Shown here: one piece after another, positions 29,164-38,903 of the stretch
Numbering within the stretch: the first letter of the stretch is position 1
How the letters are laid out: each line of letters opens with the position of its first letter
Source: Desulfomonilia bacterium
GTDB taxonomy: Bacteria; Desulfobacterota; Desulfomonilia; UBA1062
NCBI GenBank assembly: GCA_049975365.1
Contig: JBNGDS010000006.1
Location: forward strand, 3,199 to 57,026
Direction of reading: 5' to 3'
DNA: 53,828 nucleotides
Made by a program: the position numbers and the translations under genes
Notes under the pieces: generated by a model
What the model was told of the DNA's origin: nothing
Seen by the model: the letters and a program-made list of their open reading frames with translations, nothing else
Databases searched by the model: none

Positions 29164-29910
29164 TTACATCTCCGAGAGCCCTTCGATGAGGGCCAGTACG
29201 TTATGCCCAAGGACCCTGTGGTTGTACCCACCCTCGAGAATGGCGAAGCATCCGCCTTCACTGCGCAGCGCAGCACGTCTCACATATGCACCGATGGTCC
29301 TGTAGTCCTCAGTCCTGAGGACACCGCCCCAGTCTTCCTCGTGGTTGTCAAATCCTGCGGAGATGGCGATGATGTCTGCGTGGACATGCTCCATTTCATC
29401 CTCCACCTCCCTGAGATAGGAAAGCCTGTCATAGGCAGACACATTGTGAATGGTCACATAGCCCTTGTTCTGCATGATGTTCACAGTGCCGTCCCCGTAG
29501 TGGAGGTCGATGTCCAGTACGTATGCCGTGCGGATTGATTCTGAACGTCTGAGGTGCTCAAGGGCCACTGCCATGTTGTTGTAGAAGCAGAACCCCCATG
29601 CGGAATTTGATGAAGCATGGTGCCCCGGGGGGCGGATGAGCCCAAAGCATGGCTCGGTCAATCCGGTGACTGCTGCCTGTATCGCCCCACCAGCTGCAAG
29701 GGTGGCAATAGGGTGCAGTCCTTTCTGCTTCACGTGTTCAATGTGATACTGGGTATGGACCGCTTCGATATCCATAGATGATGCGGGCAGTGCATTCACA
29801 AAGCTCACGTGGGGGCCGACGACCTCCATGATGGCCTCGATTCTTCCCTCATCAGCTGCAGGATCGTTCGTGTAGACCTGATAGAAATCCTCGTGAAAAA
29901 CGACCTTCAT
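29164..29910 (-). CDS. histone deacetylase family protein (short form)
   Basis: RPPGHHA, GFCFYNN, DIDLHYGDGT, SAGFD, LEGGY; RBS GGAGGTG before MKVVFH. Confidence 0.92.
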   Translation of the reverse strand: MKVVFHEDFYQVYTNDPAADEGRIEAIMEVVGPHVSFVNALPASSMDIEAVHTQYHIEHVKQKGLHPIATLAAGGAIQAAVTGLTEPCFGLIRPPGHHASSNSAWGFCFYNNMAVALEHLRRSESIRTAYVLDIDLHYGDGTVNIMQNKGYVTIHNVSAYDRLSYLREVEDEMEHVHADIIAISAGFDNHEEDWGGVLRTEDYRTIGAYVRRAALRSEGGCFAILEGGYNHRVLGHNVLALIEGLSEM

Positions 29911-30045
29911 GATCACCTCCTTGTTCGTAGATACTAGATGAATTTCTTGGTGAAACGCAAACCAAACAGTGTATAAAATACATACAATGTATGATACCAT
30001 TCACATCGAAAGGATGTATTCGTGAGCAGGAAAAAGGGGGTTTCA

Positions 30046-31143
30046 ATGAAAATAGCTGTATTGACAGGTGGCGGGGATTGTCCCGGTCTGAACGGCGCGA
30101 TCAAGTGGGTCACCAAGACGGCCTTGGATCCACTTCTGGAAAAGAAGCGTCAGGTGAAATTCGAGGTCATGGGAGTCAGGGAAGGGTGGAGGGGCCTCGT
30201 TGAGGTCGATCCTGATGACCCCAAGAGCTGCGAGCAGCATTTGATGCATCTGGACGAGGAGGTGGTGCGTACATGGGACCGGTACGGGGGCACCAACATC
30301 GGCACGTCGCGGACCAATCCCTTCAATCCCAAGAACAACCGGTCGGACAAGCTCATAGAAAACATCAAAAAACTCGGGATCGATGTCATCGTGGCCATCG
30401 GCGGCGAGGACACCCTCGGTGTGTCCTACAAACTTCACAAGCTGGGAATCAAGACCGTGGGCATCCCCAAGACCATTGACGGTGATCTCGTTGGCACGGA
30501 GTATTCCCTGGGATTTGATTCCGCCGTGAACATCATCATGGAGGAGATCGACCGGCTCCGGACCACTGCAGGATCCCACAACAGGATATTCGTTGTGGAA
30601 ACCATGGGACGGCATGCGGGATGGCTCGCCCTTCACGGTGGAGAGTGCAGCGGAGCCTACATCATCCTTATCCCGGAATGCCCCTTCGACATGGAGCGGG
30701 TATGTGAACTCCTGCTGGAGCGGAAGGGGAGGGAGATCCAGTACAGCATCGTCGTCGTGTCCGAGGGTGCACGGCCCTCAGGGATGAAAGAGTTCTACAA
30801 GGATGACAAGGTTGACGATTTCGGACACCACTCTCTTGGCGGTATCGCTGCCCACATAGCTGATGAAATCGAGAAGAGGGCCAAGTTCGAAGCGAGATAC
30901 GTCATGCTGAGCCACCTGCAGCGGGGAGGTGCTCCCTCTGCCCGCGACAGGCTCATGGCCCGCTGGTATGGAATCGCTGCAGTCGATACGATCCTGGATG
31001 AGGATTTCGGCAGGATGGTAAGCTTATCCCACGGCGAGATCACGACGGTTCCGCTCAAAGAAGTGATCGACAAGCTCAAGCTTGTGGACGTCGGAAAGTA
31101 CTATGACGCGGAGCGATACAACGGAAAGCGGAGTATCCTCTAA
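30046..31143 (+). CDS. pfkA: 6-phosphofructokinase, probably PPi-dependent
   Basis: TGGGDCPGLN, GTSR, GGED, PKTID, ETMGRHAGW, HLQRGG. Confidence 0.93.
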   Translation: MKIAVLTGGGDCPGLNGAIKWVTKTALDPLLEKKRQVKFEVMGVREGWRGLVEVDPDDPKSCEQHLMHLDEEVVRTWDRYGGTNIGTSRTNPFNPKNNRSDKLIENIKKLGIDVIVAIGGEDTLGVSYKLHKLGIKTVGIPKTIDGDLVGTEYSLGFDSAVNIIMEEIDRLRTTAGSHNRIFVVETMGRHAGWLALHGGECSGAYIILIPECPFDMERVCELLLERKGREIQYSIVVVSEGARPSGMKEFYKDDKVDDFGHHSLGGIAAHIADEIEKRAKFEARYVMLSHLQRGGAPSARDRLMARWYGIAAVDTILDEDFGRMVSLSHGEITTVPLKEVIDKLKLVDVGKYYDAERYNGKRSIL

Positions 31144-31231
31144 CCAGTGGGAAGGGCTCTTTTCAAACAAGCAAAACCCACGAATGAGCACAGTGAATTC
31201 ACCAACAGGGGGGATGCGTGACCTCTGATGG

Positions 31232-31278
31232 TTGCCGGACGCCCGAATATGTGCTATGTTTTCCATGCAAGGTGACAC
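31232..31278 (+). promoter_or_regulatory. nikR promoter with candidate NikR operator
   Basis: TTGCCG-N17-TATGTT (TG-extended); GTGCTA-N16-TGACAC overlaps the -10 and RBS. Confidence 0.45.
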
Positions 31279-31279
31279 G

Positions 31280-31678
31280 ATGAAGGTGAGCAGATTCGGG
31301 GTTTCTCTTGAAGACGATCTCCTGAAGAAGCTGGATAACCTTGTCAGCAGACATAGGTTTCCCAACAGGAGCCAGGCAATCCGGCATCTTGTCCGGAACG
31401 CCCTTGTTGAGCAGGCGTGGACAGACGACAAGGAAGTCGCTGGCGTCATCGTCCTGATCTACGACCACCACAGGCGGAATGTCGTGAGTGATCTCATACG
31501 AGTTCAGCACGATTTTTCCGGCGTCATTGTCGCGAGCCAGCACGCCCATCTCACCCATGAAAACTGTCTTGAGACCATCGTGCTCAAGGGTACTCCATCC
31601 GAGCTCAGGGACCTTTCGGACAGACTGATCTCGATCAAGGGTGTAAAACACGGGCAGCTGGTCACCTCAGGATTCTGA
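31280..31678 (+). CDS. nikR: nickel-responsive transcriptional regulator
   Basis: RHH domain RFGVSL..NRSQAIR; YDHH; QH..HAHLTHENCLE nickel site. Confidence 0.94.
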   Translation: MKVSRFGVSLEDDLLKKLDNLVSRHRFPNRSQAIRHLVRNALVEQAWTDDKEVAGVIVLIYDHHRRNVVSDLIRVQHDFSGVIVASQHAHLTHENCLETIVLKGTPSELRDLSDRLISIKGVKHGQLVTSGF

Positions 31679-31687
31679 GAGACCCCG

Positions 31688-32467
31688 TCAGGCCTGCTCG
31701 GTGTACCTGAATGACTGAAGGTTCAGACCCAGGTCCAGGTCTGTCTTCAGGGTGAAGAGCGTCTGCGAGAGGCGGGCAAGGTCCGAGTGTACCAGCAATT
31801 TCCGTGTGCATGCTCCACCAATGTGGCGTGCATGCAGGAGAATATTGTCGAGGTTCCCATAGATGGCAATCAGTTTCACCGCGGTTTTCGGCCCGATGGA
31901 AGGAACCCCTGGAATGTGGCTCGTACTGTCCCCGGTGAGGGAGAGGTAGTCCACAAACTGCTCCGGGCTCACCTGGTATTTTGTTGTGACAAACTGCCGG
32001 TCAAGAGTTTTTCTCTGGTAGTGGTCGCGGACGTGGATGTGTTCGGTGATCAGCTGGAAGAATATCTTGTCAGTGGAGAGGATGATGACGTCTCCTCCCT
32101 GCCGGCTGATCTTCATGGCTATGGTGGCGATGATATCGTCAGCCTCGAGCCCACCTCTCACGATTGAACCTACGCCCAGCGAGCTGAAACGGTGTTCGAA
32201 TTCCGGAAGATCATCCTGGAGACAGGCCGGCATGGGGGTCCTCCCTGCCTTGTACTGATCGTAGAGCCTGTGGCGCCAGCTCGTCCCCTGACCCTCGAAA
32301 ATGCACATCGCGTGGGAGGGGGAGCATTCCTTCAAGGCGCGTGACAGAGACTGGGCAGAGGATTCACGGGCAGAATTCACCCTCTCAGATCCGTCAGGTC
32401 CCGGCTGGGCGGCGTATACCCTGCGGATGAGGTTGAGGGCATCTATGAGCAGTGCACGGATCGCCAT
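31688..32467 (-). CDS. xni: flap endonuclease Xni (ExoIX)
   Basis: LIDALNLIRR, YKAGR, EADD, STDK, GD..IPGVPSIGPKTA; stand-alone 5' nuclease of 259 aa. Confidence 0.88.
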   Translation of the reverse strand: MAIRALLIDALNLIRRVYAAQPGPDGSERVNSARESSAQSLSRALKECSPSHAMCIFEGQGTSWRHRLYDQYKAGRTPMPACLQDDLPEFEHRFSSLGVGSIVRGGLEADDIIATIAMKISRQGGDVIILSTDKIFFQLITEHIHVRDHYQRKTLDRQFVTTKYQVSPEQFVDYLSLTGDSTSHIPGVPSIGPKTAVKLIAIYGNLDNILLHARHIGGACTRKLLVHSDLARLSQTLFTLKTDLDLGLNLQSFRYTEQA

Positions 32468-32549
32468 GTGGCCTTGAAGTTCACCGTGGAAAGGAGTGTG
32501 TCATCGATTTACAGATAAGAGGAAACCACTCTGCAGTTGAACCGGCCTC

Positions 32550-32870
32550 TCACCCCTCACCGTAGACGACGGTGGTAAACGTGGTGTAGAGACCGAAGAT
32601 GTAGCTCTTGAACTCGGAGTCCACGTGATGGATCTTCGAGATGTTGCCATCTTCAAGGGCTGCCTGGAGGCTGCAGTCACCGATGGTTATGATCCACAGG
32701 TAGGATGTGCACGATGCTCTGCCCACCAGTGCCGTGTGCTGGCTGGCCGTCTCCACACTCAGAGCGGGGAGAGGAGTCTTGATGTCCGTGTAGAGGACAC
32801 CACACCCGGAAAGGGCGATGACACAGGTGATCAGAAGGACCGCCTGCAGGACCAGTGTTCTTCGGACCAT
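32550..32870 (-). CDS. TRL-like family lipoprotein
   Basis: Lipobox LSG-C, LYT, GRASC, GDCS..A, ISKIHHVD, TVVYG; RBS AGGAGG. Confidence 0.75.
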   Translation of the reverse strand: MVRRTLVLQAVLLITCVIALSGCGVLYTDIKTPLPALSVETASQHTALVGRASCTSYLWIITIGDCSLQAALEDGNISKIHHVDSEFKSYIFGLYTTFTTVVYGEG

Positions 32871-33056
32871 ATCTTCCCTCCTTGTATATGAGAATTTGAC
32901 AGGATCGATCATCCCACCCTAATACGTCTTTCTTCCCGGGGCAATGTGAAAAGAGAGCGATCCGGATATGGCCCAGAGCAGTCTGAAAAGCAGTGACAGG
33001 ACAGTGCACGCGATGAGCTGAATGAAGCGGTGTTGTGGAGAGGAATCTGGAACAGA

Positions 33057-34373
33057 CTATGTCTCCTCGATCCGAGAGAGGTGCTGTGCATCCTGTTTCC
33101 CCCTGGTCTCATCGACATAGAAAAGCAGGGCCCCCCCTGAAAGAAACAGCAGCGACACCGCGGTTATGCTCGAGCGCGATGCCGCACTACTGCTGACACC
33201 GAAGGACCTCAGGAGCAGGGCGAACGATCCGATAAGCGCTGGTCCAATGATTACGGCAAATTTACCGAGCATGTTGTAGAATCCGAAGTATTCGGCGGAT
33301 TTCTCTTCAGGAATGATTTTTGCGTAGAACGATCGCGACAAGGCCTGGATTCCTCCCTGGACGAGTCCGATCAGGATGGCCAAGGCGAAGAATTCTCCCT
33401 TAGTACGGATAAAGGCCGCCCATACAGTGACGAAGAGATAGACCCCGATCGCGATCAGGATGGATCTCTTTGTGCCGATGAACGTCCCGAGGAAGCCGAA
33501 ACACACGGCAGCAGGAAACCCGACAAACTGTGTGGCGAGGAGTGCCACGATGAGGTCGTTTGAGTGAAATCCCAGTGACAGGCCATAGTCTACAGCCATC
33601 CTGATGATGGTATCCACACCGTCGATGTAGAGCCAGTAGGCCACCAGGAAGAGAAAAATGGTTTTCATGTGACGGATCTCGCGGAAGGTCCGGAGCAGCT
33701 GGCCCAGACCTGCCCTTACCATGCGCAGGCCCTGTTTCGGTGTGGCATAGTAGACCGGCTCCCTCACAAACATGAACAGGGGCAGTGAGAAGAGTGCCCA
33801 CCAGATGCCGACGGTCAGGAACGAGAAGCGAACGCTCTGGGAAGAATCTGAGAAGCCGAAAAAGGTCGGGTTCAGGGCCATCCAGACATTGACGGCGAAA
33901 AGAATGCCGCCTCCGAGGTACCCGAGGGAGAACCCCAGCGACGAGGTGAAATCCATCCTCCCCTCACTCGAGACTGCAGGGAGCAGGGAGTCGTAGAAGA
34001 CGTTTGCCCCTGAAAATCCTATGGTACCGAGGGCATACAGGGCAAGTGCCATGTGCCAGTTGCCTGCGGAGACGAGGTAGAGGGAGGAGGTCGTCATGAC
34101 ACCGAGACACGCAAACCCCAGGAGAAACCGTTTCTTGGCCGTACCCCTGTCCGCTATGGCACCCAGGATCGGGGCTCCGAGGGCGATGATGATCCCAGCT
34201 ATCGAGATGCCGTAGCCCAGACGTGCGGTACTGACCGGGGCATCAACCCCCGAGCTCCAGAACTGTTTGAAAAAGACAGGGAAAAACCCTGCCATGACAG
34301 TAGTCGCAAACGCGGAGTTCGCCCAGTCATACATGGCCCACGATACGACAACTTTCGGTGAATCTCTCTGCAT
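33057..34373 (-). CDS. MFS transporter (UMF1/ATG22-like)
   Basis: WAMYDWANSAF, GYLGGG, QGGIQALSRS, FGFY; about 12 TM. Confidence 0.9.
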   Translation of the reverse strand: MQRDSPKVVVSWAMYDWANSAFATTVMAGFFPVFFKQFWSSGVDAPVSTARLGYGISIAGIIIALGAPILGAIADRGTAKKRFLLGFACLGVMTTSSLYLVSAGNWHMALALYALGTIGFSGANVFYDSLLPAVSSEGRMDFTSSLGFSLGYLGGGILFAVNVWMALNPTFFGFSDSSQSVRFSFLTVGIWWALFSLPLFMFVREPVYYATPKQGLRMVRAGLGQLLRTFREIRHMKTIFLFLVAYWLYIDGVDTIIRMAVDYGLSLGFHSNDLIVALLATQFVGFPAAVCFGFLGTFIGTKRSILIAIGVYLFVTVWAAFIRTKGEFFALAILIGLVQGGIQALSRSFYAKIIPEEKSAEYFGFYNMLGKFAVIIGPALIGSFALLLRSFGVSSSAASRSSITAVSLLFLSGGALLFYVDETRGKQDAQHLSRIEET

Positions 34374-34499
34374 CAGGAATCTACCCTCTGCATGAAGCCG
34401 GCTATCCTTTCCCAGCGCTGTCCTTTTTCAGGAAACAGCCGACATGCAGGCTGGATATATCGCTCAGCACGTCAGGGAGCATGGGAAGAGACACGCATG

Positions 34500-35096
34500 T
34501 CACTGAACTGACGGGCCAGGGGATGGTGCACGCCCGGCCTTGAGAATCAGTACCGGGGTCACGGGCACATCCTGATACCCACCCCTGGTCGTGGTTTTCT
34601 GGCTCTCGATTGCATCGACCACATCCATGCCCTCGATCACCTTCCCGAACACGCAGTACCCCCATCCCTGAGAGGATTTGTCACGGTGATCGAGGAAATT
34701 GTTGTCCTTGGTGTTGATGAAGAACTGAGATGTTGCTGAGTGGGGCTGACTTGTCCGGGCCATCGCGATCGTCCCGCGGAGGTTCTTCAGGCCGTTGTCC
34801 GCCTCATTGGGAATGGGATCGCGGGTGGGTTTCGGATCGAGATCCTGGGTCAGACCTCCGCCTTGGATCATGAATCCTTTGATCACGCGATGAAACGTCG
34901 TATTTACGAAGAATCCGGATTCAACGTACGAGAGGAAGTTCTGGACCGTTGCCGGAGCCTTTTCAGGATACAGCTCGAGTAAGATGGTACCCAGGTTCGT
35001 CTCCAGGAAGACCTTCGGGAGATCCGATTCAGCGTTCACTTTCTGAGCACCGCCTACAAAAAATACAAGAGATAACATGGTAAATACCATCTTCAC
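34500..35096 (-). CDS. ppiA: cyclophilin-type peptidyl-prolyl isomerase with signal peptide
   Basis: [36 protein letters not shown]. Confidence 0.92.
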   Translation of the reverse strand: MKMVFTMLSLVFFVGGAQKVNAESDLPKVFLETNLGTILLELYPEKAPATVQNFLSYVESGFFVNTTFHRVIKGFMIQGGGLTQDLDPKPTRDPIPNEADNGLKNLRGTIAMARTSQPHSATSQFFINTKDNNFLDHRDKSSQGWGYCVFGKVIEGMDVVDAIESQKTTTRGGYQDVPVTPVLILKAGRAPSPGPSVQ

Positions 35097-35266
35097 GTAT
35101 CACCTCCTCTTCGCGAGTTCATGAGAAACAGGGTATCTCGGTGTGCCTTGTCCTGATCATACCCCAACAGGACCCGATCAACAACAGGAATGAACACAGA
35201 CTCCATATCCTTTTTAAGAAAGGTGTGCCCGCTGAAGTGAACGTGTCTTTCCCAGAAAAATCTTTA

Positions 35267-35758
35267 TTATCCAGGGTGTGTTTCCGTTCTTCTCGCGAGC
35301 CAGTCCGCCACCGCATACCCGGTGCCGAAGGGCCATGGCTTCAGCTTGTCCGGGTGAACTCGGCGGAACTCCGAAAGCTCGTCCCCCAGGATGATACATC
35401 CCCGTGTCTGAACATGGAAAGCCAGAATGAGCTGGTTCATCTCAAAGAAGGAATAGTAACCGATGAACTCAGCGGTCTCACATTCGAGCCCCAGTTCCTC
35501 CCGTACTTCCCTGACCACTGCCTGTTCCGGGGTTTCACCCTGTTCGAGAAAACCTGAAACGAGCCCGAACATCTTCTCGGGCCAGGTCTTGTTCCGGACG
35601 AGAATCACATCGCCATCGAGTGATACGACGGCTGCCACGATCGGTACCGGATTGTTCCAGAAGACATACTGGCAGTCGCCAGAGGAGCATGCCTGGCGCT
35701 GCCTCCCGTCGATCATCCTGATCGTCAGCTCCCTTCCACACTCGGGACAGAATTTCAT
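35267..35758 (-). CDS. NUDIX hydrolase with N-terminal zinc ribbon (NudC-like)
   Basis: MKFCPECG..C..C; Nudix box GFLEQGETPEQAVVREVREELG. Confidence 0.9.
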   Translation of the reverse strand: MKFCPECGRELTIRMIDGRQRQACSSGDCQYVFWNNPVPIVAAVVSLDGDVILVRNKTWPEKMFGLVSGFLEQGETPEQAVVREVREELGLECETAEFIGYYSFFEMNQLILAFHVQTRGCIILGDELSEFRRVHPDKLKPWPFGTGYAVADWLARRTETHPG

Positions 35759-35935
35759 GGCATTCCTTTCGGTATAGTTTTCTGCTTTCAGTATATTCCA
35801 GGATGCATTCCAATGAGAATACGTTTGTGTATTCCTCGCTCTTCTCTTTTCACTCCCGGGGTGATATGAGATCCTGTCGTGAGACGCCATAATACGCACC
35901 CCGCTGCCAGCAGAGGGCATCGATTAGTGGTATCG

Positions 35936-36907
35936 ATGCTTCCCACGCTGGCACTGCTGACTGCCATGGTACTCTGGGCCAGTTCCTTCATTGCGTTGAA
36001 GCTGGCATTCAGGGCATTCGATCCCATGATCGTGATCTTTTGCCGCATGGCAATCGGGAGCATCTGTTTCCTCTTCTTCCTTCGCCTCTTTCGCGGGATT
36101 CACTATGAAAAGGGTGATCTGAAATACTTTCTGTTCATGGTCATCTGCGAGCCATGTCTCTATTTCCTCTTTGAAGCGAAAGCCCTGCAGAATACCACTG
36201 CATCTCAGGCCGGAATGATCACCGCCATGCTGCCTCTTCTGGTCGCGCTGACTGCACATTTCTACCTGAAAGAAACCGTGAGCAGGAGAACCATTCTAGG
36301 TTTTTTCATTGCAATCTCGGGTGCATCCCTGCTCAGCCTCGGAGCACATGCCTCTCAGGATGCCCCCAACCCGGTTCTGGGCAATATGCTGGAATTCCTG
36401 GCCATGGTGTGTGCGACCGGATACACCGTGATGCTGAAACGCCTGACTCTCAGGTATGCGCCTCTTTTCCTCACCGCTGTTCAGACCTTTGCAGGGAGTG
36501 TCTTCTACCTGCCATTCGTGTTCTTGTCTCCTGAGGCGTTTCCCGTTGATGCAGGGTTTGTTCCTGTGGCGAGCATCATATACCTGGGGGTGTTCGTGAC
36601 GCTTGGTGCGTATGGGCTTTACAACTTCGGTGTGAGCCAGGTTCCTGCAAGCCAGGCATCTGCATTCGTGAACCTGATTCCTGTCTTCACCGTGATTCTG
36701 GGGTGGATCATCCTCTCTGAACGGTTCACGCCGATACAGTACGTGGCCTCCGCGCTCGTTTTTCTCGGTGTTTTCCTGAGTCAGGACAGATCTGCGGCAC
36801 GTCACACAGAGCATCCTCGTCAGGGGAGATGTTCACCCGGCGAGGTCTGTGCTGTTCAGGAGGGACCCTCGGGTGAAGAACAGGATCCTCACGGGCGATC
36901 CCGGTGA
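35936..36907 (+). CDS. DMT/EamA family transporter
   Basis: LWASSF, two EamA repeats, about 10 TM, NLIPVF; start uncertain (35879-35936). Confidence 0.9.
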   Translation: MLPTLALLTAMVLWASSFIALKLAFRAFDPMIVIFCRMAIGSICFLFFLRLFRGIHYEKGDLKYFLFMVICEPCLYFLFEAKALQNTTASQAGMITAMLPLLVALTAHFYLKETVSRRTILGFFIAISGASLLSLGAHASQDAPNPVLGNMLEFLAMVCATGYTVMLKRLTLRYAPLFLTAVQTFAGSVFYLPFVFLSPEAFPVDAGFVPVASIIYLGVFVTLGAYGLYNFGVSQVPASQASAFVNLIPVFTVILGWIILSERFTPIQYVASALVFLGVFLSQDRSAARHTEHPRQGRCSPGEVCAVQEGPSGEEQDPHGRSR

Positions 36908-36977
36908 GAGATGTCCACCCGGCAGGCGGGCGGAGGAATCAAGACAGTATGTGGAGAAACGGGTCCGGACCGTGTGC

Positions 36978-37748
36978 TCAATCAGAAAACGACCCGTGCC
37001 TTCCTTTTCCTCCTGAGAAATCTGTGGCACCACTTAGGGATTCACCGCTTCCGATGGCATCCATCCCGTGCTGAAACTCATTCATGAGCGCCTGTGATAG
37101 TTCCATGGAGCACTGTTCATAGGTGCTTCGCCTGTCGCTTCTGAGGCAGGTCTGGGGAAATCTGATCAGTTCTCTTGCCAGCTCTTCCGCTTTTTCCCGT
37201 GACTGGCCGTCTTCCACAATGCGGTTTGCAAGACCAAATGCAAGGGCCTCCTCAGAGTACACCGGTCTTCCTGTGAGAATCATGTCCAGGGAGCGGCTCA
37301 AACCGATAAGGCGGGGAAGCCGTACCGTACCTCCATCGATGAGGGGAACCCCCCACCTCCTGCAGAAGACCCCGAACACAGCACTCTTCTCCACGACCCT
37401 CAGATCGCACAGGAGAGCGAGTTCAAGCCCACCCGCGACCGCAAACCCTGCCACTGCTGCGATAATGGGCTTCGACAGGAACATTCGAGAAGGTCCCATG
37501 GGTGCATCCCCTGAAGGGTCAAGTCGGTTCATGCCCGAGCCCGAGCTGATAGCCTTGAGGTCGGCACCGGCGCAGAAGTTTCCCCCGGCACCAAACAGAA
37601 CCCCGACACGGGAGTCCTTGTCCTGCTCAAAGGTCCTGAATGCCTCCGCCAGTGCGTGTGCTGTGGGCCCATCGACCGCGTTGCGAACCTCTGGACGGTT
37701 CAGAATGATTGTCGTAACTCCATCGGTCTTTTCCATAACTACGCTCAT
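36978..37748 (-). CDS. enoyl-CoA hydratase/isomerase (crotonase) family
   Basis: LNRPEVRNA, FCAGADL, AVAGGLEL, LPRLIG, ILTGR. Confidence 0.92.
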   Translation of the reverse strand: MSVVMEKTDGVTTIILNRPEVRNAVDGPTAHALAEAFRTFEQDKDSRVGVLFGAGGNFCAGADLKAISSGSGMNRLDPSGDAPMGPSRMFLSKPIIAAVAGFAVAGGLELALLCDLRVVEKSAVFGVFCRRWGVPLIDGGTVRLPRLIGLSRSLDMILTGRPVYSEEALAFGLANRIVEDGQSREKAEELARELIRFPQTCLRSDRRSTYEQCSMELSQALMNEFQHGMDAIGSGESLSGATDFSGGKGRHGSFSD

Positions 37749-37775
37749 AGAGTTCTCCTTTCGAATGGGGTAACA

Positions 37776-38687
37776 TCACGGAAGTACCGGCCGTGCAGAG
37801 GATTGCTGTCCGGGAACATTATTCAATGTTTCGAATACCGTGTAGAGAGCCTGAGTTCCGAGATTCTCGAGGCCGAGGGCCGAGGCAGCCTGGTAGAACT
37901 GACAGGCCAGCGCAAGCCCGGGAAGTGAGAGGTTCATTCGCCTCGCCTCATCAAGGGCGATGCCCATATCCTTGATGAAGTGCTTGATGAAAAACCCCGG
38001 GCTGAAATCATTGCTCACGATTCTCCTGCCCAGGTTGTTCAGAGACCACGAGCTCGCTGCACCTGTCCCGATAATGTCAATGAGGGCACACTGATCGAGA
38101 CCTGCCGTGTATCCGTACAGGAGCGACTCAACAACGCCGATCATGGTGGATGCTATCAGGATCTGGTTGCTCATCTTCGTGTGCTGACCCGTGCCTGCAC
38201 CCCCCATATAGAAGATGGTCTTTCCCAGGACCTCGAAGAGAGGGAGCACTGTGTCGAAAATGTCCTTATCCCCTCCCACCATGATGGCCAGGGTTGCATC
38301 CCGCGCACCCACGTCACCACCCGAGACTGGTGCATCCAGGGCATGGAGATTATGATTCCTGGCGTGTGCGTAGATCGTCTGCGCGAGTGACGGCCTGGAC
38401 GTGGTCATGTCCACGAGGATCGTGCCTTCGGCGGCATTGGGGATGAGCCCCGAGGGAGAGAGAAAGACATCTTCTACATCCTGGGGATATCCCACGATCG
38501 AAAAGACTACCTCGCTTGCCTTTGCCACCTCGGCTGGCGAGGAGCACCACAGTGCCCCGGCATCGATGAGGGAGTGTGCCTTGGACTCTGTCCTGGTGTA
38601 GATGCTCATCTGGTATCCTGCCCGCAGGAGATTCATGCACATGGAACTGCCCATGACCCCTGTGCCTATCCATCCGAGATTCTTCAC
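37776..38687 (-). CDS. beta-hydroxyacid dehydrogenase (3-hydroxyisobutyrate dehydrogenase / tartronate semialdehyde reductase family)
   Basis: GWIGTGVMG, LDAPVSGG, KMSNQ, KDM; GTG start after RBS AGGAGG. Confidence 0.92.
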   Translation of the reverse strand: MKNLGWIGTGVMGSSMCMNLLRAGYQMSIYTRTESKAHSLIDAGALWCSSPAEVAKASEVVFSIVGYPQDVEDVFLSPSGLIPNAAEGTILVDMTTSRPSLAQTIYAHARNHNLHALDAPVSGGDVGARDATLAIMVGGDKDIFDTVLPLFEVLGKTIFYMGGAGTGQHTKMSNQILIASTMIGVVESLLYGYTAGLDQCALIDIIGTGAASSWSLNNLGRRIVSNDFSPGFFIKHFIKDMGIALDEARRMNLSLPGLALACQFYQAASALGLENLGTQALYTVFETLNNVPGQQSSARPVLP

Positions 38688-38903
38688 TGCTTCCCTCCTG
38701 TTCTCATTACGTTTCAGTTCCCTTCCGTCTGAACTCACCTCGTGTGTTCTCCCCGGGTATGAAAAACTGCCCCTCATGACTGCGCAGCGAAAAAAAGATA
38801 CACTATATCAGAAAAACCTGATCAACACATGGGGGACCGTTCGACCTGAGAGCCTGTCAGGTCTTCAAGGAAAACCATGAGGGACATCTTCCGGGGCCCA
38901 CAC

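Noticed and set aside
31189-31202. CACAGTGAATT shared with 51650-51660, plus a GTGAATTCAC palindrome
   Set aside because: Too short to separate from chance
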